A stretch of DNA of 64,000 bases from Heterodontus francisci (GCF_036365525.1 NC_090378.1:120327593-120391592); one strand, 5' to 3'; numbered from the stretch's first letter, positions 41,750 to 54,695 are shown. Made by a program: numbers and translations. Notes: a model not told the origin generated them from the sequence alone.

Positions 41750-43205
41750 CCGCTGTGTGGAGGAATAGGACACCAATTTAAGGAGGTTGGTAAAGGAACC
41801 AATGATGACAGGAGGAAAAACTGTTTTACCCAGCGAGTGGTCAGGATCTGGAATGAACTGTCTGAGAGTATGGTGGAGGCTGATTCAATCGGGGCTTTCA
41901 GAAGGGGATTGGATAAACACCTGAAGAGAAACGATTTGCAGGGCTATGGGGAAAAGGCAGGGGAGTGGGATGAGTTGAGTTGCTCTTATTTTGTTCGTTC
42001 ATGGGATGTGGATGTTGCTGGTTAAGCCAGCATTTATTGACCATCTCTAATTTCCCTTGAGAAGGTGGTGGTAAGCTGCCTTCTTGAACCGCTGCAGTCC
42101 ATTTGGGGTAGGTACACCCACAGTGCTGTTAGGAAGGGAGTTCCAGGATTTTGACCCAGCGACAGTGAAGGAACGGCGATATAGTTCCAAGTCAGGATGG
42201 TATGTAACTTGGAGGGGAACTTGCAGGAGGTCGTGTTCCCATGTATTTGCTGCCCTTGTCCTTCTAGTTGGTAGAGGTCGCGGGTTTGGAAGGTGCTGTC
42301 TAAGGAGCCTTGGTGCATTGCTGCAGTGCATCTTGTAGATGGTACACACTGCTGCCACTGTGCATCGGTGATGGAGGGCGTGAATGTTTGTGGATGAGGT
42401 GCCAATCAAGAGGCTGCTTTTTCCTGGATGGTGTCAAGCTTCTTGAGTGTTGTTGGAACTGCACCCATTCAGGCAAGTGGAGGGTATTCCATCACATTCC
42501 TGACTTGTGCCGTGTAGATGGTGGGCAGGCTTTGGGGAGTCAGGAGGTGCGTTACTCACTGCAGGATTCCTAGCCTCTGACCTGCTCTTGTAGCCACGGT
42601 ATTTATATGGCTACTTCAGTTAAGTTTCTGGTCAATGGTAACTCCCAGGATGTTGATAGTGAGGGATTCAGCGATTGTAATGCCATTGAATGTTGGTTGG
42701 ATTCTTCTTGTTGGAGATGGTCATTGCCTGGCACTTGTGTGGCGCGAATGTTACTTGCCACTTATCAGCCCAAGCCTGGATATTGTCCAGGTCTTGCTGC
42801 ATTTCTACATGGACTGCTTCAGTATCTGAGGAGTTATGAATGAAACTGAACATTGTGCAATTATCAATGAACATCCCCACTTCTGATCTTATGATTGAAG
42901 GAAGCTCTTTGATGAAGCAGCTGAAGATGGATGAACCTGGGACACTACCCTGAGGAACTCCTGCAGCGATGTCCTGGAGATGAGATGACTAACCACCAAC
43001 AACAACAGCCATCTTCTGTTATGCTCGGTATGACTCCAACCAGCGGAGAGATTTCCCTGATTACCCTTGACTCCAGTTTTACTGGGGCTCCTTGATGCCG
43101 TACCCAGTCAAATGCTGTCTTTATGCCTTTTGGAAAAAGCTGGCACAGATATGACAGGCCGAATGGCCTCCTTCTGTGTTGCAACCATTCAATGAGCCTA
43201 TGATT
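41750..43205 (+). mobile_element. CR1 3' fragment whose 3' UTR is interrupted by a family-B LINE
   Basis: CFTQRVVRIWNELSE...LQGYGEKAGEW. The tail resumes at about 43126 as GCTGGCACAGATATGACAGGCCGAATGGCCTCC. Confidence 0.8.
41988..43125 (-). mobile_element. Second CR1/L2-group LINE family (here 'family B'), 5'-truncated
   Basis: ORFs read IKTAFDWVRHQG, DLDNIQAWADKWQVTFAPHKCQ and RRSFTVAGSKSWNSLP...HHLLKGN*. The 3' end is CACATCCCATGAACGAACAAAA. Confidence 0.8.
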
Positions 43206-43207
43206 CT

Positions 43208-43300
43208 CACAGCCATTGTGGGATTTGAACTCCCACACCTTGGATTATTAGTCCACTGGATTCCTAGTTGAGTATCATATCCACTTCATCACCGTACCCA
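43208..43300 (-). mobile_element. tRNA-derived SINE head (Pol III box A/B-like)
   Basis: The minus strand reads GGTACGGTGATGAAGTGG ... GGGAGTTCAAATCCCAC, with a box B match (GAGTTCAAATCC). No full cloverleaf is visible. Confidence 0.5.
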
Positions 43301-44040
43301 TAACAAAGATCAAATTACAGAATGAGAGACAGGTTTTGTTTTAAATGAACAAAACATGAGACTGCAATGCATTCTGTGTATAACTGGGGACTGAACAAAA
43401 AAGTGGTGTATGGGCTGTTCCTGGTTTGAGGAAGAAACTTGTAAATTTTCCAAGTTTCTATCCCAGTTTTCCCTGTCCCCTGTGGACTGTAAGCACTGGG
43501 AGGTTGCGTTCTGTCAGTGAGAGTGCTGTATACATGGAACTTGCTTTTTGTCTGCACCTTTCTGTGACTTTTCAGCTCATTGCTAAGTCTGAGACCTGGA
43601 ATCTTGTCCTGTTACACTATTGTGGAATTTATACAGAGTTCCAGTGGCCGACAATTGTGCCTTAAAACTGGAAAGTAATTCCATCGCTGAACCTCCTAAC
43701 ATTGAATGTGACTGATGCTGGTTCTGATGTACAATCAGACTCACCAATTCCAACTCTCAGAAGACACAACAATCAGAGAAAGGTCTCGGTCACAACTTCC
43801 AAACTCACTGTTCTCCAGTAACCAGAGCTCCTTTCCTTAATGGACATTGTGAATGCTCAATGGCCAATAAGGACATGGGAGCAACCAACACACCAGGATG
43901 TATTGTTACCCAGTGGTGCAGTGTAATTCCCATGGGAGAACAGCACAGAGTCAGAGAGCTGGACATTTCACCATGAATCTTCTAGAGACACACAACATTG
44001 TAATTTGTGTGGAATACTATGTGAAATTTAACTTTGGGAG

Positions 44041-47000
44041 AATGTCCAGATGGAGCTGCCCTTGGACAGAACACAATGTCCAGATGGAGCTGCCCTGGGA
44101 CAGAACACAATGTCCAGATGGAGCTGTCCTGGGGAAGAACACAATGTCCAGATGGAGCTGCCATGGGACAGAACACAATGTCCAGATGGAGCTGCCCTGG
44201 GGAAGAACACAATGTCCAGATGGAGCTGCCATGGGACAGAACACAATGTCCAGATGGAGCTGCCCTGGGACGGAACACAATGTCCAGATGGAGCTGCCCT
44301 GGGACAGAACACAATGTCCAGATGGAGCTGCTCTGGGACAGAACACAATGTCCAGATGGAGCTGCCCTGGGACAGAACACAATGTCCAGATGGAGCTGCT
44401 CTGGGACAGAACACAATGTCCAGATGGAGCTGCTGTGGGACAGAACACAATGTCTAGATGGAGCTGCCCTGGGGGAGAACACAATGTCCAGATGGAGCTG
44501 CCCTGGGACAGAACACAATGTCTGGATGGAGCTGCCCTGGGGGAGAACACAATGTCCGGATGGAGCTGCCCTGGGACAGAACACAATGTCCAGATGGAGC
44601 TGTCCTGGGGGAGAACACAATGTCCAGATGGAGCTGTCCTGGGGGAGAACACAATGTCCAGATGGAGCTGTCCTGGGGGAGAACACAATGTCCAGATGGA
44701 GCTGCCCTGGGGGAGAACACAATGTCCAGATGGAGCTGTCCTGGGACAGAAAACAATGTCCAGATGGAGCTGCCCTGGGACAGAACCCAATGTCCAGATG
44801 GAGCTGCCCTGGGGGAGAACACAATGTCCAGATAGAGCTGCCCTGGGACAGAACACAATGTCCAGATGGAGCTGTCCTGGGACAGAAAACAATGTCCAGA
44901 TGAAGCTGCCCTGAGGGAGAACACAATGTCCAGATGGAGCTGCTCTGGGACAGAACACAATGTCCAGATGGAGCTGCTCTGGGACAGAACACAATGTCTA
45001 GATGGAGCTGCCCTGGGGGAGAACACAATGTCCAGATGGAGCTGCCCTGGGACAGAACACAATGTCTGGATGGAGCTGCCCTGGGGGAGAACACAATGTC
45101 CAGATGGAGCTGTCCTGGGGGAGAACACAATGTCCAGATGGAGCTGCCCTGGGACAGAACACAATGTCCAGATGGAGCTGTCCTGGGGATGAACACAATG
45201 TCCAGATGGAGCTGCCCTGGGACAGAACCCAATGTCCAGATGGAGCTGCCCTGGGACAGAACACAATGTCCAGATGGAGCTGTCCTGGGACAGAAAACAA
45301 TGTCCAGATGAAGCTGCCCTGGGGGAGAACACAATGTCCAGATGGAGCTGCCCTGGGACAGAACACAATGTCCAGATGGAGCTGTCCTGGGACAGAACAC
45401 AATGTCCAGATGGAGCTGCCCTGGGACAGAACACAATGTCCAGATGGAGCTGTCCTGGGACAGAACACAATGTCCAGATGGAGCTGCCCTGGGGGAGAAC
45501 ACAATGTCCAGATGGAGCTGCCCTGGGACAGAACACAATGTCCAGATGGAGATGCCATGGGACAGAACACAATGTCCAGACGGAGCTGTCCTGGGGAAGA
45601 ACACAATGTCCTGATGGAGCTGTCCTGGGGAAGAACACAATGTCCAGATGGAGCTGTCCTGGGGAAGAACACAATGTCCAGATGGAGCTGCCCTGGGACA
45701 GAACACAATGTCCAGATGGAGCTGTCCTGGGGGAGAACACAATGTCCAGATGGAGCTGCCCTGGGGAAGAACACAATGTCCAGATGGAGCTGCCCTGGGA
45801 CAGAACACAATGTTCAGATGGAGCTGTCCTGGGGAAGAACACTATGTTCAGATGGAGCTGCCCTGGGACAGAACACAATGTCCAGATGGAGCTGCCCTGG
45901 GACAGAACACAATGTCCAGATGGAGCTGTCCTGGGACAGAACACAATGTCCAGATGGAGCTGTCCTGGGGAAGAACACTATGTTCAGATGGAGCTGCCCT
46001 GGGACAGAACACAATGTTCAGATGGAGCTGTCCTGGGGAAGAACACTATGTTCAGATGGAGCTGCCCTGGGACAGAACACAATGTCCAGATGGAGCTGCC
46101 CTGGGGGAGAACACAATGTCCAGATGGAGCTGCCCTGGGGGAGAACACAATGTCCAGATGGAGCTGCCCTGGGACAGAACACAATGTTCAGATGGAGCTG
46201 CCCTGGGACAGAACACAATGTCCAGATGGAGCTGCCCTGGGGGAGAACACAATGTCCAGATGGAGCTGCCCTGGGACAGAACACAATGTCCAGATGGAGC
46301 TGTCCTGGGGGAGAACACAATGTCCAGATGGAGCTGTCCTGGGACAGAACACAATGTCCAGATGGAGCTGTCCTGGGGAAGAACACTATGTTCAGATGGA
46401 GCTGCCCTGGGACAGAACACAATGTCCAGATGGAGCTGCCCTGGGGGAGAACACAATGTCCAGATGGAGCTGTCCTGGGACAGAACACAATGTCCAGATG
46501 GAGCTGTCCTGGGGAAGAATACTATGTTCAGATGGAGCTGCCCTGGGACAGAACACAATGTCCAGATGGAGCTGCCCTGGGGGAGAACACAATGTCCAGA
46601 TGGAGCTGTCCTGGGACAGAACACAATGTCCAGATGGAGCTGTCCTGGGGAAGAACACAATGTCCAGATGGAGCTGCCCTGGGGAAGAACACAATGTCCA
46701 GATGGAGCTGTCCTGGGACAGAACACAATGTCCAGATGGAGCTGCCCTGGGACAGAACACAATGTCCAGATGGAGCTGCCCTGGGACAGAACACAATGTC
46801 CAGATGGAGCTGCCCTGGGGGAGAACACAATGTCCAGATGGAGCTGCCCTGGGACAGAACACAATGTCCAGATGGAGCTGCCCTGGGACAGAACACAATG
46901 TCCAGATGGAGCTGTCCTGGGGAAGAACACAATGTCCAGATGGAGCTGCCCTGGGGGAGAACACAATGTCCAGATGGAGCTGCCCTGGGACAGAACACAA

Positions 47001-47406
47001 TGTCCAGATGGAGCTGCTCTGGGGGAGAACACAATGTCCAGATGGAGCTGCCCTGGGGGTGAACACAATGTCCAGATGGAGCTGCCCTGGGACAGAACAC
47101 AATGTCCAGATGGAGCTGCTCTGGGGGAGAGCTCAATGTCCAGATGGAGCTGCCCTGGGGGAGAACACAATGTCCAGATGGAGCTGCCCTGGGACAGAAC
47201 ACAATGTCCAGATGGAGCTGCCCTGGGGAAGAACACAATGTCCAGATGGAGCTGCCCTGGGGAAGAACACAATGTCCAGATGGAGCTGTCCTGGGGAAGA
47301 ACACAATGTCCAGATGGAGCTGCCCTGGGGGAGAACACAATGTCCAGATGGAGCTGCCCTGGGGGAGAACACAATGTCCAGATGGAGCTGCCCTGGGACA
47401 GAACCA
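44041..47406. repeat. 34-bp tandem minisatellite, consensus AATGTCCAGATGGAGCTGCCCTGGGACAGAACAC, about 99 units
   Basis: Units start at 44041, 45061, 46081 and 47101 (30 units apart each). Variation is mostly at two sites (CCCT/TCCT/CTCT/CCAT and GACAG/GGGAG/GGAAG). Confidence 0.99.
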
Positions 47407-50400
47407 CCTGGTGTGGTTGGAGCTCATTCCACTCAGCACGCGGGAAGGGTCCGCGTACTGGCACTTTAACAACCGATTACTGGAGGATGAGCAATTCCAG
47501 GATTCGTTCCATCGATTCTGGGCTGATTGGAGAAGGATGCAGGGAGGCTTCCCCTCCTTGAGGCTATGGTGGGATGTGGGCAACACTCACATCCGTGTCT
47601 TCTGTCAGGGGTACGTGAAGGGGTCAACCACTCGGCGGGAAGCCGAGATCGGGCACTGAGGGAGGAAGATGCTCGACTTGGAGTCCCGCTTCGGTCATGT
47701 GGCAGGTGTACAAAGAGAAGAAGGGTGCGCTGAGGGACCTGCAGCTCGTAGAGTCCGAGGCGTGTACATGAGGTCGTGGATCCAGATACTGGAAGATTTG
47801 GACCACGCCTCACCCTTCTTCTACTCGCTGGAAAAATGGCAGGGCATCATTAAGCAGCTTGTTGAGCTGCTGGCTGATGACGGATCCTCCATCACGGATC
47901 CGGAGGGAATGGGCCTCCTTGTCCGCACCTATTACAGTGTGTTATTCTCTCCGCATCCATCCAATGAGGATGCAAGCAGAGTTTTGTGGGAGGACCTGCC
48001 GCAGGTCAGCCCGGCCGGTGCCAAAGGATTGGATGCTCCGCTCACGTTGGCAGAGCTGACTGATGCCCTGCACCAGCTCTCGAAGGGCAACTCCCTGGGG
48101 CTGGATGGGCTGACCGTGGAGTTCCTCAGGATGTTCTGGGACGTCCTGGGGGACGATTATGCATGGGTTCTGGGGGACGATTACGTGTGGGCCTTGGCGG
48201 AAAGCCAGGCGACCGGGGAGATGCCCCTCTCGTGGTGCAGGTCGGTCATCATCCTGCTGCTGAAGAGGCGCAATCTCCACTTGCTTAAAGTCCGGTCTCC
48301 CTCCTCAGTACCAGCCTGGGCTCTGTGCTGGCCCACATGATCCACCCCGACCAGTTCTACAATATTCAGGGCCTGTCCATCCAGGACAACATCCTCCTCG
48401 TCCGAGACCTGATCCAGCTTTTCCAGAGGATTGCTCTGTTGATCGCCTTTCTCTCCCTTGATCAGGAGAAGGCGTTCGACAGTTTGAATCAAGAATACCT
48501 TTTCAGGGCTCTGCGCGCATTCAGACTTGGGCCGCATTTTGTGGCCCGGGTACGATTTTTATACGTCACTGCAGAGTGTCTGGTCAAAGTTAACTGGTCC
48601 TTGACGGCGCCCCTTCGCTTTGGGAGAGGAGTGCGCCAGGGATGCCTCATTTCCAGCCAATTGTACACCATCTGTGTGGAGCCATTCCTTTGCTTGCTTC
48701 ACAGGAAGTTGAAGGGCTGGCCATGTGGGTTGTCCTCTTGGCTTACGCCGATGACGTGCTCCTCACGATCATAGGTCCCATTGACTTGCGGAGGATGCGT
48801 GACTGCCGGCAGACCTTTCCCATGTCCTCCGCAAGGATCAGTTGGGAGAAATATTCCAGATTCCTGGTGGGTCAGTGGCGGGTCGACTCACTGCCAGAGG
48901 AGTTGACACCTTTTGCGTGGAGCAACACGCACCTCCTCTATCTGGGAGTCCAACTTAGCCCCGCTGAGGAAGCCTGGCCGGCAAAGTGGCAGGAATTGGA
49001 GGCGAAAGTCACCAGTTGGCTGGGGCGCTGGACAGGACTGCTCCGAGTGCTTTCCGACAGGGGCCGTGCGCTGGTCATAAACCAACTGGTGGCCTTGATG
49101 CTGTGGTATGGTTGGCCATTTTGGCTCCGCCTCCTGCATTTGCCACCAAGATCCAGAAGAAGCTCTTCGATTTCTTCTGGGGCAAGAGGAAACACTGGGT
49201 CTCTGCCGCGGTCCTGAGTCTCCCAATTGAGGAGGGCGGCCAGTCGCTGGTGTGCGTCCGGACCCAGGCTGTGACGCTCCGCCTTCAGACCCTGTACACG
49301 GAGCTACCTCCCAGATGGGGTGTGCTGCCAAGGGCACCGCCTTCAAGACAACACGCAGCCCCCACTGGAGAACGTTAGTTGTGCCTGTCTGAGGGAGTTG
49401 CCTGTCTTTTACCGGGATATATTCAGAGTCTGGAACATGTTCGCCTCCTGTCAGCACGTTCCCCCGTCGGCGGAGGAGAGCGCCTCGGCTGTCCGGGCGG
49501 CCAACTCCGGCGATGGACCAACGGGTGAAGAAGTAGCTGAAGCCTCTGGGACGCCCCTCATTGCAGGTGACGAGGGGACTTGGGAGAGCGAAGCGTTCCC
49601 AGCAGAACTGAGCCCCATTCGGCGGAACTGCTCATCAGAACCAGGCCCCAAAACCGTCCTCGGGAGCCGGTCTCGCACAAACCGAGCCGCTTCTTGGAAA
49701 TGCCCTCCGTGCCATTCCAATCGGCGTGGAGGTGTTTCCTGTACAGGCTATTCCTGCACACTCTCTACTTCCTCGCCCTCATCAGCGGGCCGGACACGGC
49801 CTGGCAATCCGTGTTGACATCTGGCAGCGAGGGGAAACCACAGTGGAGGTCTCTCTAAGCAGGAGTCTTCCCCCTTTACATGGGGGACCTGGGGTGGAGG
49901 GTGCTGCACAGGGCAGTCCCATGCACTAGTCTTTTAAGTCGGTTCATGGACCCCCAGGCCGCCTGTAATTTCTGCGGCCTGGACAAGTTTGTGTTCCATG
50001 TTTATATGGAGGAATGTGCGAGGTTGCTGCCCCTCTTTGAGTATTTGAAGGGGCTGCTCCTCAAGTTTTGGCTGCACTTCAGTCCCACGCTCCTGATCTT
50101 TGGCCACCCAGTGCAGAGGGGCATGGGCCGGGGGAAGGATCTCCTCATCGGTCTGCTCCTGGGCCTGGCCAAGGTGGCAATTCACAGGTCCAGGCTGCGG
50201 ACCGTCAGGGGGTCCATCCGCCCTGATTGCCTGCTCCTCTTCCCAGGTTATGTTCGCGCCCTGGTGTCCCTGCAGAAGGAGCATGTGGTGTCCGCGGGTT
50301 CGATCAAGGCCTTCTGCGACCGGTGGTCACCGCAGGGGCTGGAGTGCATCATCAATGCTGAGAATGGCATTTTAATTAGATTTTTGTTCTATTTATCTGT

Positions 50401-50510
50401 TTTTAATAAAGTTATTTTATAAAATGCATTTTAAAGGGGACCTGAGGAATAAAGGCCCCCTCAGCAAAATAACAGGGGCCTGGGGTATAAAGGCTTCCTT
50501 CAAAATAAAC
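47406..50510 (+). mobile_element. Tx1-like (L1-clade) non-LTR retrotransposon ORF2 remnant, 5'-truncated and frameshifted
   Basis: HLVWLEL..GSAYWHFNNRLL (end of endonuclease), GLDGLTVEF, FLSLDQEKAFD, RGVRQGC, LLAYADDV, YLGV and a C-terminal CNFCG...HVYMEEC zinc motif. It is GC-rich, with AATAAA at about 50405. Confidence 0.85.
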
Positions 50511-50860
50511 AAGATGCACTGCAGCATCGCACCAAGTCTCCTTAGACAGAACCTTCCAAACCCACGACCTCTACCACCAAGAAGGACAAGGGCAGCAAAT
50601 ACATGGGAACAGCATCACCTGTAATTTCCCCTCCAATCCACACACCATCCTGACCTGGAAGTATATCGCTGTTCCTTCACTGTCACTGGGTCAAAATCCT
50701 GGAACTCCCTTCCTAACAGCACTGTGGGTTCACCTGCACCACACGGACTGCAGCAGTTCAAGAAGGCAGCTCACCACCACCTTCTCAAGGGCAATTAGGG
50801 ATGGGCAATAAATGCTGGCCTGGCCAGCGGCACCCACATCCCAAGAAAGAATTTTAAAAA
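50511..50860 (+). mobile_element. Family-B LINE 3' fragment
   Basis: KMHCS...LPNPRPLPPRRTRAA, ending CACATCCCAAGAAAGAATTTTAAAAA. It is the reverse-complement match of 41990-42340. Confidence 0.8.
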
Positions 50861-51839
50861 TGTAGATCAAAGCAGATTCCAACAACAGGCCGGAGGGGCT
50901 GAATGGCCTCCTACAGTGTTGTGTGATTCTCGGATTCGCTGGTAAAAGCTGATGACATTAATGGAAAGTAGTGACAGAAAAATTACAGCATCGTTCAGGT
51001 AAATATTCCTGACTCAGAGGGGAATATGTTTGGAATAATAAGGAAAACAAGGAAACAGAGGGAAAACCGTTGGAATTATTCAGATTACAGTTTGGAGCCA
51101 TGATGAGAGAGATAAAGTAGCCGAGGGAAAGCTTCACTGGGAGAGTTCAGGTATCAGAGGTTCGGGCTTTCCACAGGTAATGACCCCCTCGCTCTCAAAA
51201 TCATCATCATCACCATCACCATCTCCTCAAAAAATCCACACTCAACCAATGTGTCCTTGTAAACTACCCCATCACTAATCTCCCTTTCCTCTCCAAAGTG
51301 TGAATGTATTTTTGCCTCATTACTCTGTGCCCATTTTCCCCAGATTTCCCTCTTTGAATCTGTCCAATCAGGTGGATGGGGCTGGATTTTCATATCGGGG
51401 GCAGGAAATGGATGTCGGGACTGTTTCCGGGTCCCAAACCCGTCCCTGGGGGGGAAACAGAAATGAGTTCCGGGTTTCACAGTGGTGACCAGTTAATTAA
51501 TGCAGGAACGGGGGTTTTGGGGGGCAGTTCAAGTGTGAGTCCAATTTAAACTCACCACGGCAGCCATTCCTGTGGCCGCTGTTTGAGTGCTCATACTGCA
51601 GAGTGGGAGAACACAGAGCACTTGATTTACATAATGGTCCAGCAAAGCCAGAGGCCTGGCTGCCTTCCCGCTGGTCACATGGCCACCCAATTGTCCGTGG
51701 CAGCCTCGCCCCCTGTTCTTCTGCCCTCACGATGCCAAGAGGGTGACGATCCTCTCCACTGCCCAATCACTCACAGCCCACTCCAGCCCAACGGAGAGTG
51801 ATGTCCTCGGGACTTAGTGAGGTTTAGCCGAGTTTAGGA

Positions 51840-51994
51840 TGAGATATGTGAGACTGAGACTGCAGGCTGTTAAACACAAAGGCTTCTTCTTTATTCTGTT
51901 TTATTTCCACTTTCCCTTTGCTAGCCTGTGTGTTCTGCAGTGGCTTCAAGTTAACAAAATGTTCAATGCAATTTCAAAACACTGCAACACGACA
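51840..51994 (-). mobile_element. Probable 3' LTR (about 155 bp) of the adjacent Gypsy element
   Basis: On the minus strand a polypurine tract GAGAAGGGGAGGAA (52008-51995) is followed immediately by TG. There is an internal AATAAA and the segment ends in CA at about 51840. No partner LTR is visible to confirm the end. Confidence 0.6.
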
Positions 51995-52079
51995 TTCCTC
52001 CCCTTCTCAGTAAATGAGAGATGTTGTATGTGTCAATGGTTTGTTTCCAAAAATGTAAATTATAAACTTACACATAAAT

Positions 52080-53318
52080 AGTTCACTTCGTCAGATAGTC
52101 ACCTATGTATGATGGGCATTTTCTCTCACAAGTAGGATATTGTCTGACATCAGGTGAAGTCTCATTTAACTCATGTTCTTCATCGGAGGTGTCGATGCTG
52201 AAATTGGATTCAATGTTTACGAGAGGTGTTTTCAGTGTTTGAAGAATGACACGTTTCTTGTGATAATTTGTGAATCGTGCTCAGCAGTGATCATTGATCC
52301 TTTTGTGTTGGTCACAACAAATGGTTGGATGTTATAAGGGGTTGTTTGTTTTCCAACATGACCATCACGTTTCACAAGTACTTTATCTCCTGGCTTTAGT
52401 GGTGTAGCCTCGAAGTTTCATGTTTCGTTCTGCATTTACCTTCAATCTATCCTTCTGATATCGATCGTGTTGATGTATATGTTGATCATTATCTCCGTAG
52501 GGTAATTGAGGAAGACGTGTGCACAGAGGATGTGTAAAGATGAGAGTGACTGGAGGTTTTCCAGTAGTTGAGTTTGGAGTCACTCTGTAATTATGAAGAA
52601 AGTGATATAACTCTTGCTCCCATGACTTGTTCACAGCTGTAGCTGTCCGTATCACTATTTTCAAGGTTCACATAAATGTCTCGACTTCTCCATTAGCTCT
52701 TGGCCAATGGGGTGTGATTTCCCTATGAGTGAACACTAGGTAGTTTGTGAATTTACTGAACTCATTGCTGTTGAATGGGGGTTCATTGTCACTTCTTACT
52801 GTTTGAGGAATTCCAAACAAGGTAAAGATCTGGTCAAGCTTTGGAATCACTGCTTTTGTTGGAGTTGACTTAACTAATTCCACGATTGGGAATCTGCTGT
52901 AGTCGTCAGTGACAACAAGCAGGTGTTCACCTGTGGGTAAATCTGTGAAATCAACACTGACACAATCCCTGGTCCTGGAGGTAGTTCAGACATCACGAGA
53001 GGATCATGAAGATTTGACATTGTGGGTAGTTGACATGGTAAACACTGATTGATTTTATCACTGCCATGCAGTTCATTCCTGGAACCCAAACCATTTGCCT
53101 AAGGAGTTGTTTGCTAGTGACTATTCCCTGGTGTCCTTTATCAACAACACATTCTCTTAATGAGTGTGGAATGACCATACAGTTGTTGTGTAATATGAGA
53201 TCAGATGTAGTTGTAACAGTGAGCTCATTTCGAACATTGGTGTGAAGATCTTGTAGTGTGTCAGAATTAATCTGTAGACGTTTCTCGATCACGTCTTTCC
53301 AGTTTCGTGATTTGATAG
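52080..53318 (-). mobile_element. Ty3/Gypsy pol remnant (integrase zinc domain and core), frameshifted
   Basis: VIPHSLRE..GHQGIV.SKQLLRQMVWVPGM, FGIPQTVRSDNEPPFNS, ITPHWPRANGEVE and FLHNYRVTPNSTTGKPP. Confidence 0.85.
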
Positions 53319-54599
53319 CAGGGATGTCCAACCTTTTCATGTCAGGGGCCAGATTACAATTTTTACCCTCCAGTAGGGGGCCAGTGAGAACATTTCGGAC
53401 GATAAAGGCATTAAAAATGTATCCTTGTATGAAAACTATAACAAATGTGCATTTTTATGAAGAAGCTTTAAATGAGAAGTAATTTATTGACTTACTTTCT
53501 CATTACTATGTTGAACATTGATTTAGTGACCTACCTGACATTGTTTTTGCTTGCATTAATACTCAATCTCTGCCCACACACTTGACGTAGCGATGCAGTG
53601 TATTCCAGAATGATGTCCATGTGTCAGAGAGATATTGATCTTTCTTCCTCTCTCCTCTTGCTCTCTGTATCTCTCTGTCTCTCTTTCCCCCCTCCATCTC
53701 TCTCTCCCCCTCTCAGTCCCACCCTCTCCCCTACCTCTGTCTCCCCACTCTCTCTATCAGTCTCCCTCTGTCTGTCCCACTATCCCCTCTCTCTGTCTCT
53801 CTCTCTCCCTCTCTCTCTGCCCCTTCTTTCTCTTACTCCCTGCTCTCTTTCTCTGTTTGTCTCTCATTCCCTCCTCCTCACTGCCTGCTCCCCAGTCCCT
53901 GATCCCTGCTCCCCACCCTCCACTTCCCACTCTCCACTGCCCACTCTCCACTGCCCACTCTCCTCTCCCCACTACCCACACTCCACTCCCCACTCCACGC
54001 TCTCCACTCCCCACTGTCCGTTCTCCACTCCCCACTCCACGCCTCTACTCCCCACTGTCCGTTCTCCATTCCCACTCCACGCTCTCCACTCCCCACTGTC
54101 CTTTCTCCACTCCCCATTCCACGCTCTCCACTCCCCACTGTCCGTTCTCCACTCCACGCTCCCCACTCCCCACTGTCCGTTCTCCACTCCACGCTCTCCA
54201 CTCCCCACTGTCCGTTCTCCACTCCCCACTCCACGCTCTCCACTCCCCACTGTCCGTTCTCCACTCCCCACTCCACGCTCTCTACTCCCCACTGTCCGTT
54301 CACCACTCCCCACTCCACGCTCTCCACTCCCCACTGTCCGTTCTCCAATCCCCACTCCACGCTCCACTCCTCGCTTTCCACTCCCCGCCCTACAATCCCG
54401 GCTCCCCTGTCTCTGCTGCCCATTCCCCATCTGTTCATTCTCCATCAATGTGGATTACAGAGACAGGATGTGAATGACACTCTCCCGCTGGGCACAGCCA
54501 CGTTGTGTGGGTCGGGGATCCTCACAAAAATAGAGCTGCCCACCGAAGTGCTTTGCAGGGCTGAAGTCTGGCCCGTGGGCCGTATGCTGGAAAACCATA
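53319..54599. mobile_element. hAT (Charlie-like) non-autonomous DNA transposon containing a C/T-rich minisatellite
   Basis: Left end CAGGGATGTCCAACCTTTT..GGGGCCAGA. Degenerate right end GGCCCGTGGGCCGTATGCTGGAAAACCAT. It truncates the Gypsy pol. No TSD was recognised. Confidence 0.55.
53640..54430. repeat. CT-rich low-complexity tract grading into a roughly 42-bp repeat (CTCCACTCCCCACTGTCCGTTCTCCACTCCCCACTCCACGCT)
   Basis: Read directly. The ORF-track period PLPTVRSPLPTPRS is 14 codons. Confidence 0.9.
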
Positions 54600-54695
54600 T
54601 TCTAATTCTTCACCTCCAAGTGTCAAAGTAAGGCCTTTTTCCTTGTGACGTCTGTGATAGTGAAACGTGCCATTGCATCTTCAAAACATAGCAGC

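Noticed and set aside
41409-41750. Possible LTR beginning TGTTACAAG next to the retroviral remnant
   Set aside because: No partner LTR, terminal CA, PBS or TSD was identified, and a CR1 cuts it off.
43898-47659. Overlapping Cys/Trp-rich ORFs on both strands
   Set aside because: They are translations of the stop-poor 34-bp repeat cycling through the frames.
51378-51835. GC-rich segment starting GGGCTGGATTTT, possibly the end of a non-autonomous DNA transposon
   Set aside because: No matching inverted terminus was found, so it cannot be classified from the sequence alone.
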